Shown piece after piece: positions 1 through 7,911 of a stretch of DNA of 64,000 nucleotides. The stretch comes from an uncultured Planctomycetia bacterium. Lineage in GTDB: Bacteria > Omnitrophota > Gorgyraeia > 2-02-FULL-51-18. Made by a program: the position numbers and the translations under genes. Location of the stretch: positions 166,376-230,375 of the forward strand of contig CAZSGP010000004.1 in NCBI GenBank assembly GCA_964606485.1, given 5' to 3'. Positions within the stretch are counted from its first letter, which is position 1. Every line of letters begins with the position of its first letter. The notes under the pieces are model-generated. The model worked only from the letters and a program-made list of their open reading frames with translations, searched no databases and had not been told where the DNA came from.

Positions 1-1
1 A

Positions 2-142
2 AAAATGATGGCGGTCATGATGCCGATCATTTTTGGTTTTGTTTTTTATTCGATGCCCTCAGGACTGGTTCTCTACTGGTTGACGAACACCGTGATTATG
101 ACGCTGTATCAGCTGAGTCTTAAGAAAGTGACGCTAGCGTAA
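2..142 (+). CDS. yidC: membrane protein insertase YidC, C-terminal fragment (5' part outside window)
   Basis: Frame-2 translation ...MPSGLVLYWLTNTVIMTLYQLSLKKVTLA* matches the conserved YidC C-terminal PSGL.LYW..N motif; stop TAA at 140-142; yidC upstream of mnmG is the usual origin-region order. Confidence 0.55.
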   Translation, partial: KMMAVMMPIIFGFVFYSMPSGLVLYWLTNTVIMTLYQLSLKKVTLA

Positions 143-144
143 AT

Positions 145-214
145 CTCGTAGGGGCGTGATTTATCACGCCCAGTACACCGCGTGATGCAAGTGGGCGCAA
201 TGAATTGCGCCCCT
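145..214. terminator. nested perfect palindromes between yidC and mnmG (terminator-like, no U-tract)
   Basis: gggcgtgat-tt-atcacgccc and gggcgcaat-ga-attgcgccc enclosed by an outer gtagggg...cccctac stem. Confidence 0.35.
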
Positions 215-227
215 ACAAAATTTTAAA

Positions 228-2045
228 ATGCCTATCCCCTCAGAAAAAAAATACGACGTAATTGTGATTGGTGCAGGCCACGCCGGTTGCGAAGCCGCGC
301 TTTCCTCTGCTCGCATGGGCGCAAAAACTTTGCTGCTCACCATGAATATCGATTCGGTGGCGCAGATGTCCTGCAATCCCGCGATTGGTGGAATTGCTAA
401 GGGCCACATTGTCCGCGAGATTGATGCGCTTGGTGGCGAAATGGCTAAAGTTACGGATCAAACCGGAATTCAATTTCGAATGCTCAACACCGGAAAAGGT
501 CCTGCCGTGTGGGCGCCGCGTGCGCAGTGTGACAAAAAAATGTATCAGTGGACGATGAAAAATATTATCGAGTCACAGAAAAATTTAGATTTAAAACAAG
601 GCGAAGTGAAGGAAATAGTTGTGAATGGAAATGCGATCGAAGGAGTCATCACTTCAATCGAAACATTTTACTCTGCCCATTCCGTGATCGTGACGACCGG
701 AACTTTTTTAAATGGTCTTATTCATATCGGTGAAGTGACTTTTGGCGGTGGACGAATTGGTGACAAAGCATCAACCGGTTTATCCGGCTGTCTTGAAAAA
801 TTGGGATTTGAAATAAAGCGTTTAAAAACCGGCACTCCCCCACGCTTGAACGCGCAGTCAATCGATTTTAGTCAGATGGCTGTCCAGCCAGGCGATGAAA
901 ATCCAATCCCATTTAGTTATCAGACTCAAAAAATTTCACAAAGCCAAATCCCCTGCTACCTTACTTTTACGAATGAAGAGACGCACCGGATGATTCGCGA
1001 AAATTTACACCGCTCCCCTCTCTACTCCGGTAAAATTAAAAGCCGAGGACCGCGGTATTGCCCTTCCATTGAAGATAAGGTTCAGAAATTTACTGATAAG
1101 GATAAGCACCAAATCTTTTTAGAACCGGAAGGACGATTCACCCAAGAGATTTATGTTAACGGTTTCTCCACAAGTTTTCCACAGGACGTTCAAATAAGAC
1201 TTATTAGAAGTATTAAAGGCCTTGAAAATGCTGAACTTATGAGATTTGGTTATGCTGTGGAATACGATTTCTGTCCGCCAACCCAGGTCAAATCCACACT
1301 TGAAACGAAAACCGTTGAAAACCTGTATTTGGCTGGACAAATCAATGGAACCTCCGGTTATGAGGAGGCGGCCTGCCAAGGGTTGATGGCGGGCATTAAC
1401 GCAGCGCTTAAAATTCAAAATAAAAAATCCCTGGTTCTGGGACGGGAAGAGGCGTATATCGGGGTTTTAATTGACGATTTGGTCACGAATGGCACCGAAG
1501 AGCCTTATCGAATGTTCACCTCAAGAGCCGAGCACCGCTTGCTACTCAGACAAGACAATGCGGATCAACGGCTTCTCAAGCACGGTCGAGAATTAGGGCT
1601 GATCACAGAAGAGCAGTACACGAAATTTGAAAAGAAAAGCCGTCAGATTGCGGATTGGGTCGAAAAAATTAGTAAAAAGAGACATTTGCAAGTCCCAATG
1701 GATCAGTATCTTAGAAGAACAGAAGTTCGCCTAAAAGACGTGCTGGGGATTATGAATGAAACCATTGAAGACCCTCAGGTAGAGACCCAGGTGGAGATTG
1801 AAGTGAAGTATTCTGGGTACGTCGAGCGCGAAAAGGGAATGGTAAACCGTTTGCGTCAGTACGACGACAAAAAGATTCCTGAGGACTTCTCGTTTGACTC
1901 TATTAAAGGATTGGGCAGGGAAGCGCGAGAAAAATTAAATAAAGTCAAGCCGTCCTCGATAGGTCAAGCGTCGCGAATTTCCGGGATCACGCCCTGTGAT
2001 CTGTCGCTGCTGGCGATTCACATCGAGAAAAAAAAGAAGAAATAG
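228..2045 (+). CDS. mnmG: tRNA uridine-5-carboxymethylaminomethyl modification enzyme MnmG (GidA)
   Basis: 605-aa ORF; N-terminal FAD fold motif VIVIGAGHAGCEAA; full-length MnmG-like sequence. Confidence 0.93.
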   Translation: MPIPSEKKYDVIVIGAGHAGCEAALSSARMGAKTLLLTMNIDSVAQMSCNPAIGGIAKGHIVREIDALGGEMAKVTDQTGIQFRMLNTGKGPAVWAPRAQCDKKMYQWTMKNIIESQKNLDLKQGEVKEIVVNGNAIEGVITSIETFYSAHSVIVTTGTFLNGLIHIGEVTFGGGRIGDKASTGLSGCLEKLGFEIKRLKTGTPPRLNAQSIDFSQMAVQPGDENPIPFSYQTQKISQSQIPCYLTFTNEETHRMIRENLHRSPLYSGKIKSRGPRYCPSIEDKVQKFTDKDKHQIFLEPEGRFTQEIYVNGFSTSFPQDVQIRLIRSIKGLENAELMRFGYAVEYDFCPPTQVKSTLETKTVENLYLAGQINGTSGYEEAACQGLMAGINAALKIQNKKSLVLGREEAYIGVLIDDLVTNGTEEPYRMFTSRAEHRLLLRQDNADQRLLKHGRELGLITEEQYTKFEKKSRQIADWVEKISKKRHLQVPMDQYLRRTEVRLKDVLGIMNETIEDPQVETQVEIEVKYSGYVEREKGMVNRLRQYDDKKIPEDFSFDSIKGLGREAREKLNKVKPSSIGQASRISGITPCDLSLLAIHIEKKKKK

Positions 2046-2089
2046 CTGGCCCGCCAAAAAGCGCGGCGGACTCGTCCGCTTCGCGGCGA
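2046..2089. repeat. GC-rich palindromic intergenic element (member of CGCCAAARA-CGC hairpin family)
   Basis: ggcccgccaaaaagcgcggcgg-actcgtccgc resembles the elements at 7538-7595 (reverse orientation) and 7858-7910. Confidence 0.4.
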
Positions 2090-2105
2090 GTTTCCACGTG
2101 GAAAC
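2090..2105. promoter_or_regulatory. parS-like 16-bp perfect palindrome GTTTCCACGTGGAAAC upstream of parAB
   Basis: Perfect palindrome centred on CACGTG, resembling the parS consensus tGTTtCACGTGaAACa; sits about 25 bp upstream of the candidate parA promoter. Confidence 0.4.
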
Positions 2106-2129
2106 TGACCATTTCGCTTCGATTATTTA

Positions 2130-2158
2130 TTGACAGTGGTAAGAATCTCTTTTAGTAT
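2130..2158 (+). promoter_or_regulatory. candidate sigma70-type promoter for parAB (-35 TTGACA, 17-bp spacer, -10 TAGTAT)
   Basis: TTGACA at 2130-2135 and TAGTAT at 2153-2158; ATG of parA at 2169 implies a very short or absent leader. Confidence 0.35.
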
Positions 2159-2168
2159 GATCTCACCC

Positions 2169-3041
2169 ATGAAAATCATTTCAATTTGTAATCAAAAAGG
2201 CGGCGTAGGGAAGACAAGCACGGCTATTTCTTTGGCTTCAGCGCTTGCCCTCGAGGGGAAAAAGGTCCTTTTGGTGGATCTTGATCCGCAGGGGAATGCC
2301 ACGAGTGGAATTGGTATTGATAAAAAATCCATCGAAAGATCCGTCTACCATTCCTTATTAGACCGCATTCCTCTTTCCGAAATTATTCTTGAAACTGCAG
2401 TCAAAAATTTATGGCTTGCGCCTTCCAACGAAAATCTTTCTGGCGCGGAAGTGGAACTGGTCAGTGAAATGGGCCGCGAGGGAAGATTAAAAAAAGCGCT
2501 GGGTCTGATTGATCCTTCTTTTGATTTTATCGTGGTCGATTGCCCGCCGTCCTTCGGTTTGCTGACTCTGAATGCTTTATCAGCTTCAAAGTCGGTTCTC
2601 ATTCCTATTCAGTGCGAATATTATGCTTTAGAAGGATTGTCGCAACTCATTAAAACTATTAATCTTATAAAAGAAAATTTGAATGAATCCCTACAAATCG
2701 AGGGGATTTTGATGACGATGGCGGATTTCCGGACTAAGCTTACTCAGGAAGTTATCGACGAAGTGCGCAAGCATTTTGGAGAGAAAGTTTACAAGGCAGT
2801 GATCACGCGGAATATTCGTTTAAGCGAAGCGCCGGGATTTGGGAAACCCATCTTCTTATATGACAAGGACTCCGAAGGCGCTAAGCGGTACAAAGAATTT
2901 GCACACGAATTTTTAAAGCAGCAGCACGGAACGGTTTCCCCTCCTTACCAAGGAGGGGTGCCCGCCGCAGCGGGTGGGGAGGTGGAGTTCTCACAATCAC
3001 CCCTCCGTCCGTCAGAAAACATGACGGACACCTCCCCTTAG
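2169..3041 (+). CDS. parA: chromosome partitioning ATPase ParA/Soj
   Basis: Deviant Walker A KGGVGKTSTAISLA; the ORF track starts at TTG 2130 but ATG 2169 (MKIISICNQKGGVGKT) is the likely start; C-terminal low-complexity tail; stop TAG lies inside the palindrome cctcccctta-g-taaggggagg. Confidence 0.88.
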   Translation: MKIISICNQKGGVGKTSTAISLASALALEGKKVLLVDLDPQGNATSGIGIDKKSIERSVYHSLLDRIPLSEIILETAVKNLWLAPSNENLSGAEVELVSEMGREGRLKKALGLIDPSFDFIVVDCPPSFGLLTLNALSASKSVLIPIQCEYYALEGLSQLIKTINLIKENLNESLQIEGILMTMADFRTKLTQEVIDEVRKHFGEKVYKAVITRNIRLSEAPGFGKPIFLYDKDSEGAKRYKEFAHEFLKQQHGTVSPPYQGGVPAAAGGEVEFSQSPLRPSENMTDTSP

Positions 3042-3074
3042 TAAGGGGAGGAAAAGTTAAATAGGAGCTATTTC

Positions 3075-3932
3075 ATGGACAAGCGAGTTTTGGGAAGAGG
3101 ATTGGACGCTTTAATTACTCCAACTACACAGGACACCAATACCTCCAAAGAAAGAGTTCAAACTTTAAGAATTTCTCAGATCGTCGCGAGCAAATTCCAA
3201 CCGCGCCAGACGTTTTCTCAAGCGAAAATCGAAGAACTCGCACAATCCATTCGAGAAAAGGGATTGATTCAGCCGATTATCGTGCGTCAAACCGAAGGGG
3301 AACGATTTGAACTCATCGCCGGAGAACGACGCTTTCGCGCGGCTAAGTTTTTAGGCTTAGCAGAGCTTCCGGCCATTGTGCGGCGCGTCACGGATGCCGA
3401 CGTGCTTGAGATGTCGATTATTGAAAATATTCAGCGCGAAGAATTGAATGCGCTCGAAGAAGCGAAAGCCTACCGGAGACTGGCCAGCGAGTTCGGCTTG
3501 TCACAAGATCTGATTGCCCAACGGGTAGGGAAAGACAAGACATCCATATCTAACCTATTGAGAGTATTAAACTTACCAGAAAAAATTCAGAACTTCTTAT
3601 CCGAGAATCAAATTTCATTTGGTCACGCCAAAGCGCTTTTATCGATTGGTGATGAAAAGAGGCAATCTAAAATTTGTGACCAGATTATTCAAAAAGGTCT
3701 TTCGGTGCGTCAGGCCGAAGCGCTCGCCGGTCCTAAAGGAAAACCAAAACGCTCGGCGGCGAGAATGCTCGACTCCAATATTCGCCATCTCGAAGAAAAA
3801 TTACAGCATTCGCTCGGCACAAAAGTCCGGATTCAGATGGGACATAAGCGCGGCAGGATTGAAATTGATTATTACTCGCTTGAGGATTTGGAGCGAGTTT
3901 TAAAAATACTTGGAGTTAAGGAGTTATCCTAG
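3075..3932 (+). CDS. parB: chromosome partitioning protein ParB/Spo0J
   Basis: 285 aa; ParB box GERRFRAAK; HTH region; follows parA by 33 nt. Confidence 0.9.
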   Translation: MDKRVLGRGLDALITPTTQDTNTSKERVQTLRISQIVASKFQPRQTFSQAKIEELAQSIREKGLIQPIIVRQTEGERFELIAGERRFRAAKFLGLAELPAIVRRVTDADVLEMSIIENIQREELNALEEAKAYRRLASEFGLSQDLIAQRVGKDKTSISNLLRVLNLPEKIQNFLSENQISFGHAKALLSIGDEKRQSKICDQIIQKGLSVRQAEALAGPKGKPKRSAARMLDSNIRHLEEKLQHSLGTKVRIQMGHKRGRIEIDYYSLEDLERVLKILGVKELS

Positions 3933-3937
3933 CGAGT

Positions 3938-4026
3938 GCCGGGTGACGGCGGTGGGCGCCCAGATCCGCGCGCAGGCTGCCGTAGGACGCCGAGCACGGG
4001 CTGGGCAACCGCCGGCAGGACCCGGC
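3938..4026. repeat. ~90-nt GC-rich hairpin element, copy 1 (second copy at 12862-12950)
   Basis: 40-nt run gggtgacggcggtgggcgcccagatccgcgcgcaggctgc identical at 3941-3980 and 12865-12904; long stem gccgggtgacggcggt...accgccggcaggacccggc. Confidence 0.55.
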
Positions 4027-4084
4027 AATCGCATAGTACATTCTTGACAATACTGGTCACATTTCCTAGACTAACCACTTAAAT

Positions 4085-4588
4085 ATGGAACAACCCACAC
4101 TCGTTATCATTAAGCCAGACGGCTTACAGAAGTCCTTAACCGGCAATATCTTGACGCGTCTTTCGGAAACGAAACTTGTCATCATCGCTACAAAAATCAA
4201 ATCCGTCGATCGGCCGCTTGCCGAGGAGCACTATCGTCACATGAAGGACAAGCCGTTTTTTGAACAGATCGTAAAATATTTGGTCGGAGATTATCACACG
4301 CGGCGCGTGATGGCGCTCGTGTACCACGGTGAAGATGCGATCGCAAAAATTAGAAAAGTGTGCGGCGCTACGAACCCAGAAGAAGCCGATCCAAGCAGCA
4401 TTCGCGGGGCTTTTGGCCGCATCACCACGCAGGGTATTTTCGAAAATGTGATTCATGCGTCCGGGAATACCGAAGACGCCGAGCGCGAAATTAAATTATG
4501 GTTTGATCCCGATGAAATTGTTTTTGATAATTTATATCCTTCCAAAGAGACCACGATTTCTCAATTTAAGAAAAAAGTTTGGGCGTAA
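4085..4588 (+). CDS. ndk: nucleoside diphosphate kinase
   Basis: LVIIKPDG..., GATNP, NVIHASGNTEDAEREIKLWF motifs typical of NDK; ~20-aa C-terminal extension. Confidence 0.85.
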   Translation: MEQPTLVIIKPDGLQKSLTGNILTRLSETKLVIIATKIKSVDRPLAEEHYRHMKDKPFFEQIVKYLVGDYHTRRVMALVYHGEDAIAKIRKVCGATNPEEADPSSIRGAFGRITTQGIFENVIHASGNTEDAEREIKLWFDPDEIVFDNLYPSKETTISQFKKKVWA

Positions 4589-5484
4589 GCGTGGTTAAGA
4601 GCATGACGGGTTTCGGACGCGCCGAAACAAAATCCGCGCACGGCGGATCCATCCGCGTTGAAATTAAAACGGTGAATCATAAATTTGTAGAAATTTCCTC
4701 TCGGCTCCCTGGTCATTTGATGGAATTTGAAGACACCATTCGCAAAATGGTCGGGGCGCATTTAAAACGCGGTAAGGTGAGTTTGTTTGTGCAAAGCCCT
4801 GATCCGGCGAGTTACACCACGCGTCTTGTGCTCAACGAAAATTTAGCCAAAGAAGTGCATCACAAAATTGTGCGTTTAAAAGCAGTGTTAAAAATTAGCG
4901 AAAAATTAAACGACGCCGTGGTCTTACGCGAAGTGCTTCACTACCCGGATGTGCTCTCAAAAGATAGCTCTCAAAATTCGCGGGCGGTTTTATTTCATGA
5001 AGTGGAAAAAGCGATCAAATTAGCGCTTGAGAATTTAAAAAAATCGCGTCTTCAAGAAGGAGCTTCACTCAAAAAAGACTTTTTAAGACGGCTTTCCGAA
5101 ATGGACAAAGCGCTTAAAAAAATAGAGAAGGCAATCCCAATAGCGGCCAAAGCCTACCGAAAAAATTTGGAAACAAGAATGAAGGATTTCATCAAGGACG
5201 GCGAAATTCAAAAAGACCGCCTGACGCAGGACGTAGCTCAATTTTTAAAGAGCGGGGATATCTCCGAGGAAGTCACGCGCTTTCGTACGCACATTGATGC
5301 GATGAAGAAAACGCTTTCCGAAAACGGTGAGATCGGGCGTAAAATAGATTTTATCGGTCAAGAGATGACGCGCGAGGCGAACACCATGGGCGCCAAGTCT
5401 AGCGACACCGTCATTGCAGGGGCCGTGATTGAAATTAAGAGCACGATTGAAAAAGTTAGAGAGCAGTCACAAAATGTTGAGTAA
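4579..5484 (+). CDS. yicC: YicC/YloC family stress-induced protein (endoribonuclease family)
   Basis: MTGFGRAE N-terminus characteristic of the YicC_N family; ~300 aa; alternative start at 4603. Confidence 0.75.
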   Translation: MGVSVVKSMTGFGRAETKSAHGGSIRVEIKTVNHKFVEISSRLPGHLMEFEDTIRKMVGAHLKRGKVSLFVQSPDPASYTTRLVLNENLAKEVHHKIVRLKAVLKISEKLNDAVVLREVLHYPDVLSKDSSQNSRAVLFHEVEKAIKLALENLKKSRLQEGASLKKDFLRRLSEMDKALKKIEKAIPIAAKAYRKNLETRMKDFIKDGEIQKDRLTQDVAQFLKSGDISEEVTRFRTHIDAMKKTLSENGEIGRKIDFIGQEMTREANTMGAKSSDTVIAGAVIEIKSTIEKVREQSQNVE

Positions 5485-6106
5485 ACGCAAGGCGTTTACG
5501 AAGGCCGCCGGGCATTTTGGCGGATCGAAGAAACGCACTGGAAGATTGTTTGTTATCTCTGCTTCGTCCGGAACGGGGAAGACGACGCTTGCGCGCGAAC
5601 TCTTAAAAGAAGATAAAAATCTCGTCGCGTCTATTTCGTATACCACGCGCGCGCCGCGCGGCAATGAACGCAATGGCGAGGACTACTTTTTCGTCGGCCG
5701 CAAAGAATTTGTGGATATTCAAAAAAAGCGCGGATTTCTGGAGTGGGCGAATGTATTTGGAAATTATTATGGCACGCCAAAAAAAGAAGTCGAAGAACAC
5801 TTAAAGCGCGGTCGCGATGCGCTTCTTTTAATTGATGTTCAGGGCGCAAAAAAAGTAAAGCATATGAAGCCCGACGCTGTGTTTATTTTCTTAGCACCGC
5901 CTTCGAAGGAAGAGTTGAAACGCCGCTTAGAAAAGCGCGGCACCGAATCCCGTCAGGAAATCAATAAACGCTACACGGTGGCCACACGCGAGCTTGAAGA
6001 ATTAAACGACTTAAGTTTATGTGATTACAGGATTGTAAATCGATACATTCCGCGAGCACTCGAAGTTTTGAAATCCATTATCAAGGCCGAGCGGATGGTA
6101 TTTTGA
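5474..6106 (+). CDS. gmk: guanylate kinase
   Basis: P-loop SASSGTGKTTLA and YTTRAPRGNE..G.DY.FV motifs; the track ORF starts at 5429 inside yicC, ATG 5474 is more plausible. Confidence 0.85.
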   Translation: MLSKRKAFTKAAGHFGGSKKRTGRLFVISASSGTGKTTLARELLKEDKNLVASISYTTRAPRGNERNGEDYFFVGRKEFVDIQKKRGFLEWANVFGNYYGTPKKEVEEHLKRGRDALLLIDVQGAKKVKHMKPDAVFIFLAPPSKEELKRRLEKRGTESRQEINKRYTVATRELEELNDLSLCDYRIVNRYIPRALEVLKSIIKAERMVF

Positions 6107-6636
6107 AAACAATTCTCTTAGGGGTTAGCGCATCGATCGCCGCGTATAAAGCCTGCGATCTGATCACTGAACTGCGCGAAGCCGGTTTCGGCGTGCGAGT
6201 CGTGATGACCAAAGACGCGCAGCAGTTTATTACACCGCTGGCGCTGCAAAGTTTTTCAGCGACGGAAGTGGTGACCGATTTTTTTGCTTTGCCTGGACGC
6301 GTGAAGCCCGTTCACATTGAACTCGCGAAGAGTGCGGATCTTATTTTAGTGGCACCCGCTTCTGCGGACGTGATTGCAAAACTTTCCTACGGAATGGCGG
6401 ACGATGTTTTAACCTGTGCCGCTCTCGCATCTAAAGCGCCGCTTCTCATCGCACCCGCTATGAACGAAAATATGTGGAGCCATCCGGCCACACAAGAAAA
6501 CATTGAGCGTCTCAAAAAACGCGGCGTTAAAATTATTTCTCCCATCGAAGGCCACTTGGTCTGCATGGACCGTGGAATGGGACACTTGGCCGAAATCGAA
6601 ACAATCGTTAAAGCTGTACAGGAAAGATTAAAATAA
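6103..6636 (+). CDS. coaC: phosphopantothenoylcysteine decarboxylase (flavoprotein, CoaC domain only)
   Basis: 177 aa; Rossmann-like flavoprotein fold GVSASIAAYKA...PAMN..MW; start ATGA overlaps the gmk stop. Confidence 0.75.
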   Translation: MKTILLGVSASIAAYKACDLITELREAGFGVRVVMTKDAQQFITPLALQSFSATEVVTDFFALPGRVKPVHIELAKSADLILVAPASADVIAKLSYGMADDVLTCAALASKAPLLIAPAMNENMWSHPATQENIERLKKRGVKIISPIEGHLVCMDRGMGHLAEIETIVKAVQERLK

Positions 6637-6637
6637 A

Positions 6638-6716
6638 ATCAGCGGGTGGCCGAGGTGGGATGATCTCGTGCGCAACTGCACACGAGATCGCCCGCCGAAG
6701 GACAGGACCCGCTGAT
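6638..6716. repeat. nested GC-rich palindromic element between coaC and coaB
   Basis: Outer 10-bp stem atcagcgggt...acccgctgat; inner gatctcgtgcgca-ac-tgcacacgagatc; contains ccgccgaagg shared with the element at 7885-7908. Confidence 0.45.
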
Positions 6717-6727
6717 TTGCTATAGAT

Positions 6728-7333
6728 ATGAAAAAATTAAAATTTTTAATTGTGTATGGCCCGACGCAGGAACCGATTGACCCGGTACGGTATCTTTCAA
6801 ATTATTCAACCGGAACGATGGGTCGGTGCTTGGTGGAAGCCGCGAAATCTAGAAATCATTTGGTGACAGCGGTGGAGTGTCCGAAGGATGTGCAGACCGC
6901 GCGCGAGCTTTTGGAGACGCTTAAAAAATTAATTTCACGTGCAGATATTTTAATCATGGCCGCTGCGGTGTGCGACATGCGACCTAAGACGCTCTCTTCT
7001 AAAAAAATAAAAAAAGAAAATCTAAACAAAATCGAACTCATTAAAAACCCCGATATTTTAGCCGAGCTTTCAAAGCTTAAGAAAAAAGCTCAAGTTTTTG
7101 TCGGATTTGCGTTAGAATCCTCCAACGTTTTAAAGAATAGCGTTAATAAACTAAAGAAAAAGAGTTTAGATTGGATAGTGGCGCAGGAAGTCGGAGCGAA
7201 GACGAAGCCGTTTGGAGATAGCAAGGTCTGTTATTGGATCATCAATAGCGACGCGAAGATCGAAAAAACCACAGCGCTGACTAAAGAGTCGTTGGCCAGA
7301 ATATTGATTGCCAGATGCGAAGGGATTCTTTAA
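6728..7333 (+). CDS. coaB: phosphopantothenate--cysteine ligase (CoaB domain only)
   Basis: 201 aa; matches the C-terminal half of bifunctional Dfp/CoaBC (YSTGTMG...AAAV.D..P); encoded separately from coaC. Confidence 0.7.
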   Translation: MKKLKFLIVYGPTQEPIDPVRYLSNYSTGTMGRCLVEAAKSRNHLVTAVECPKDVQTARELLETLKKLISRADILIMAAAVCDMRPKTLSSKKIKKENLNKIELIKNPDILAELSKLKKKAQVFVGFALESSNVLKNSVNKLKKKSLDWIVAQEVGAKTKPFGDSKVCYWIINSDAKIEKTTALTKESLARILIARCEGIL

Positions 7334-7348
7334 AATCCTAGGTCTTTG

Positions 7349-7419
7349 GCGCGATGGCCGAGTGGTTAGGCAGCGGTCTGCAAAACCGCGTACACCAGTT
7401 CAACTCTGGTTCGCGCCTC
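7349..7419 (+). tRNA. tRNA-Cys (anticodon GCA)
   Basis: 7-bp acceptor ggcgcga/tcgcgcc; anticodon stem gcggt/accgc with loop cuGCAaa; T-arm accag-ttcaact-ctggt; short D-region. Confidence 0.6.
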
Positions 7420-7437
7420 GAGGTTTACTCCGCTCTC

Positions 7438-7520
7438 GGGCGAGTGGTGGAATGGCATACACGACAGACTTAAAATCTGTTGGGCTTCGGCTCATGAGAG
7501 TTCGACTCTCTCCTCGCCCA
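7438..7520 (+). tRNA. tRNA-Leu (anticodon UAA), class II with long variable arm
   Basis: Acceptor gggcgag/ctcgccc; anticodon stem acaga/tctgt with loop cuUAAaa; variable arm tgggcttcggctcatg; T-arm gagag-ttcgact-ctctc. Confidence 0.72.
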
Positions 7521-7537
7521 GGGTGGTTTCAAATTTT

Positions 7538-7595
7538 TCGGGCAATTCGCGCCGCTTTTTGGCGCGTCCGCCGCGATCTTTGGCGGAAGCTGAAG
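7538..7595. repeat. GC-rich hairpin element in inverted orientation, left flank of GIY-YIG gene; begins with 10-bp direct repeat tcgggcaatt
   Basis: cgcgcc-gcttttt-ggcgcg and tccgcc-gcgatctttg-gcgga hairpins; reverse complement shares ccgccaaagatcgcRgcgg with 7866-7885. Confidence 0.45.
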
Positions 7596-7598
7596 GAT

Positions 7599-7856
7599 AT
7601 GTTTACAGTCTACGTTTTAAAGAGTCTGAAGAATGGCCGGACTTATGTCGGATGTACTTCGAAACCAATAGAACAGAGATTGGTTTGGCATAGACAAGGC
7701 CTGACATCATGGACGCGGAATAATAATCCGTTCAAGTTGGTGCACTCAGAAGAATTTTTAGAGAAGAGTTTGGCGTTAAAGCGCGAGAGATATTTTAAGA
7801 CGGGACAAGGGCGCAAGACATTGGATATAATTTTGCGCTCGTCAGAAAAGTTATAG
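7599..7856 (+). CDS. small GIY-YIG nuclease superfamily protein (85 aa)
   Basis: MFTVYVLKSLKNGRTYVGCTS...RLVWHRQG...ERYFKTGQGRK matches the GIY-YIG/UPF0213-type motifs (YVL..GR.YVG, R...H, E..K); RBS gaagga 5 nt upstream; the track ORF 7308-7856 has a spurious N-terminal extension across two tRNA genes. Confidence 0.75.
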   Translation: MFTVYVLKSLKNGRTYVGCTSKPIEQRLVWHRQGLTSWTRNNNPFKLVHSEEFLEKSLALKRERYFKTGQGRKTLDIILRSSEKL

Positions 7857-7857
7857 A

Positions 7858-7910
7858 GTTTTGGCCCCGCCAAAGATCGCAGCGGGGCCCTCGTCCGCCG
7901 AAGGCGGACT
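7858..7910. repeat. GC-rich double-hairpin element, right flank of GIY-YIG gene
   Basis: ggccccgc-caaagatcgca-gcggggcc (8-bp perfect stem) followed by gtccgcc-gaa-ggcggac; followed by the tcgggcaatt direct repeat that overlaps the tRNA-Val 5' end. Confidence 0.45.
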
Positions 7911-7911
7911 C

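Noticed and set aside
143-227. DnaA-box cluster or oriC in the yidC-mnmG spacer
   Set aside because: It contains hairpins with TTATCAC but no repeated TTATCCACA-like boxes or AT-rich unwinding element. A terminator or repeat element is the more likely interpretation.
2130-2168. TTG start for parA at 2130
   Set aside because: These bases form a TTGACA -35 box, and the conserved ParA N-terminus begins at ATG 2169. The same logic applies to the 17369 start of the TolC-like ORF, which overlaps rarA (true start about 17471).
3619-3903. 94-aa plus-strand ORF in an alternative frame inside parB
   Set aside because: It is fully embedded in the well-supported parB coding frame and is basic, low-complexity read-through. 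The same applies to the minus-strand ORFs 9351-10019 (inside thrS), 11035-11481 (infC/rpmI), 23229-23588 (RND), 24724-25227 and others.
7308-7598. N-terminal 97 codons of track ORF 7308-7856
   Set aside because: This stretch runs straight through tRNA-Cys and tRNA-Leu and the hairpin repeat. The real CDS is the 85-aa GIY-YIG gene starting at ATG 7599 with a good RBS.
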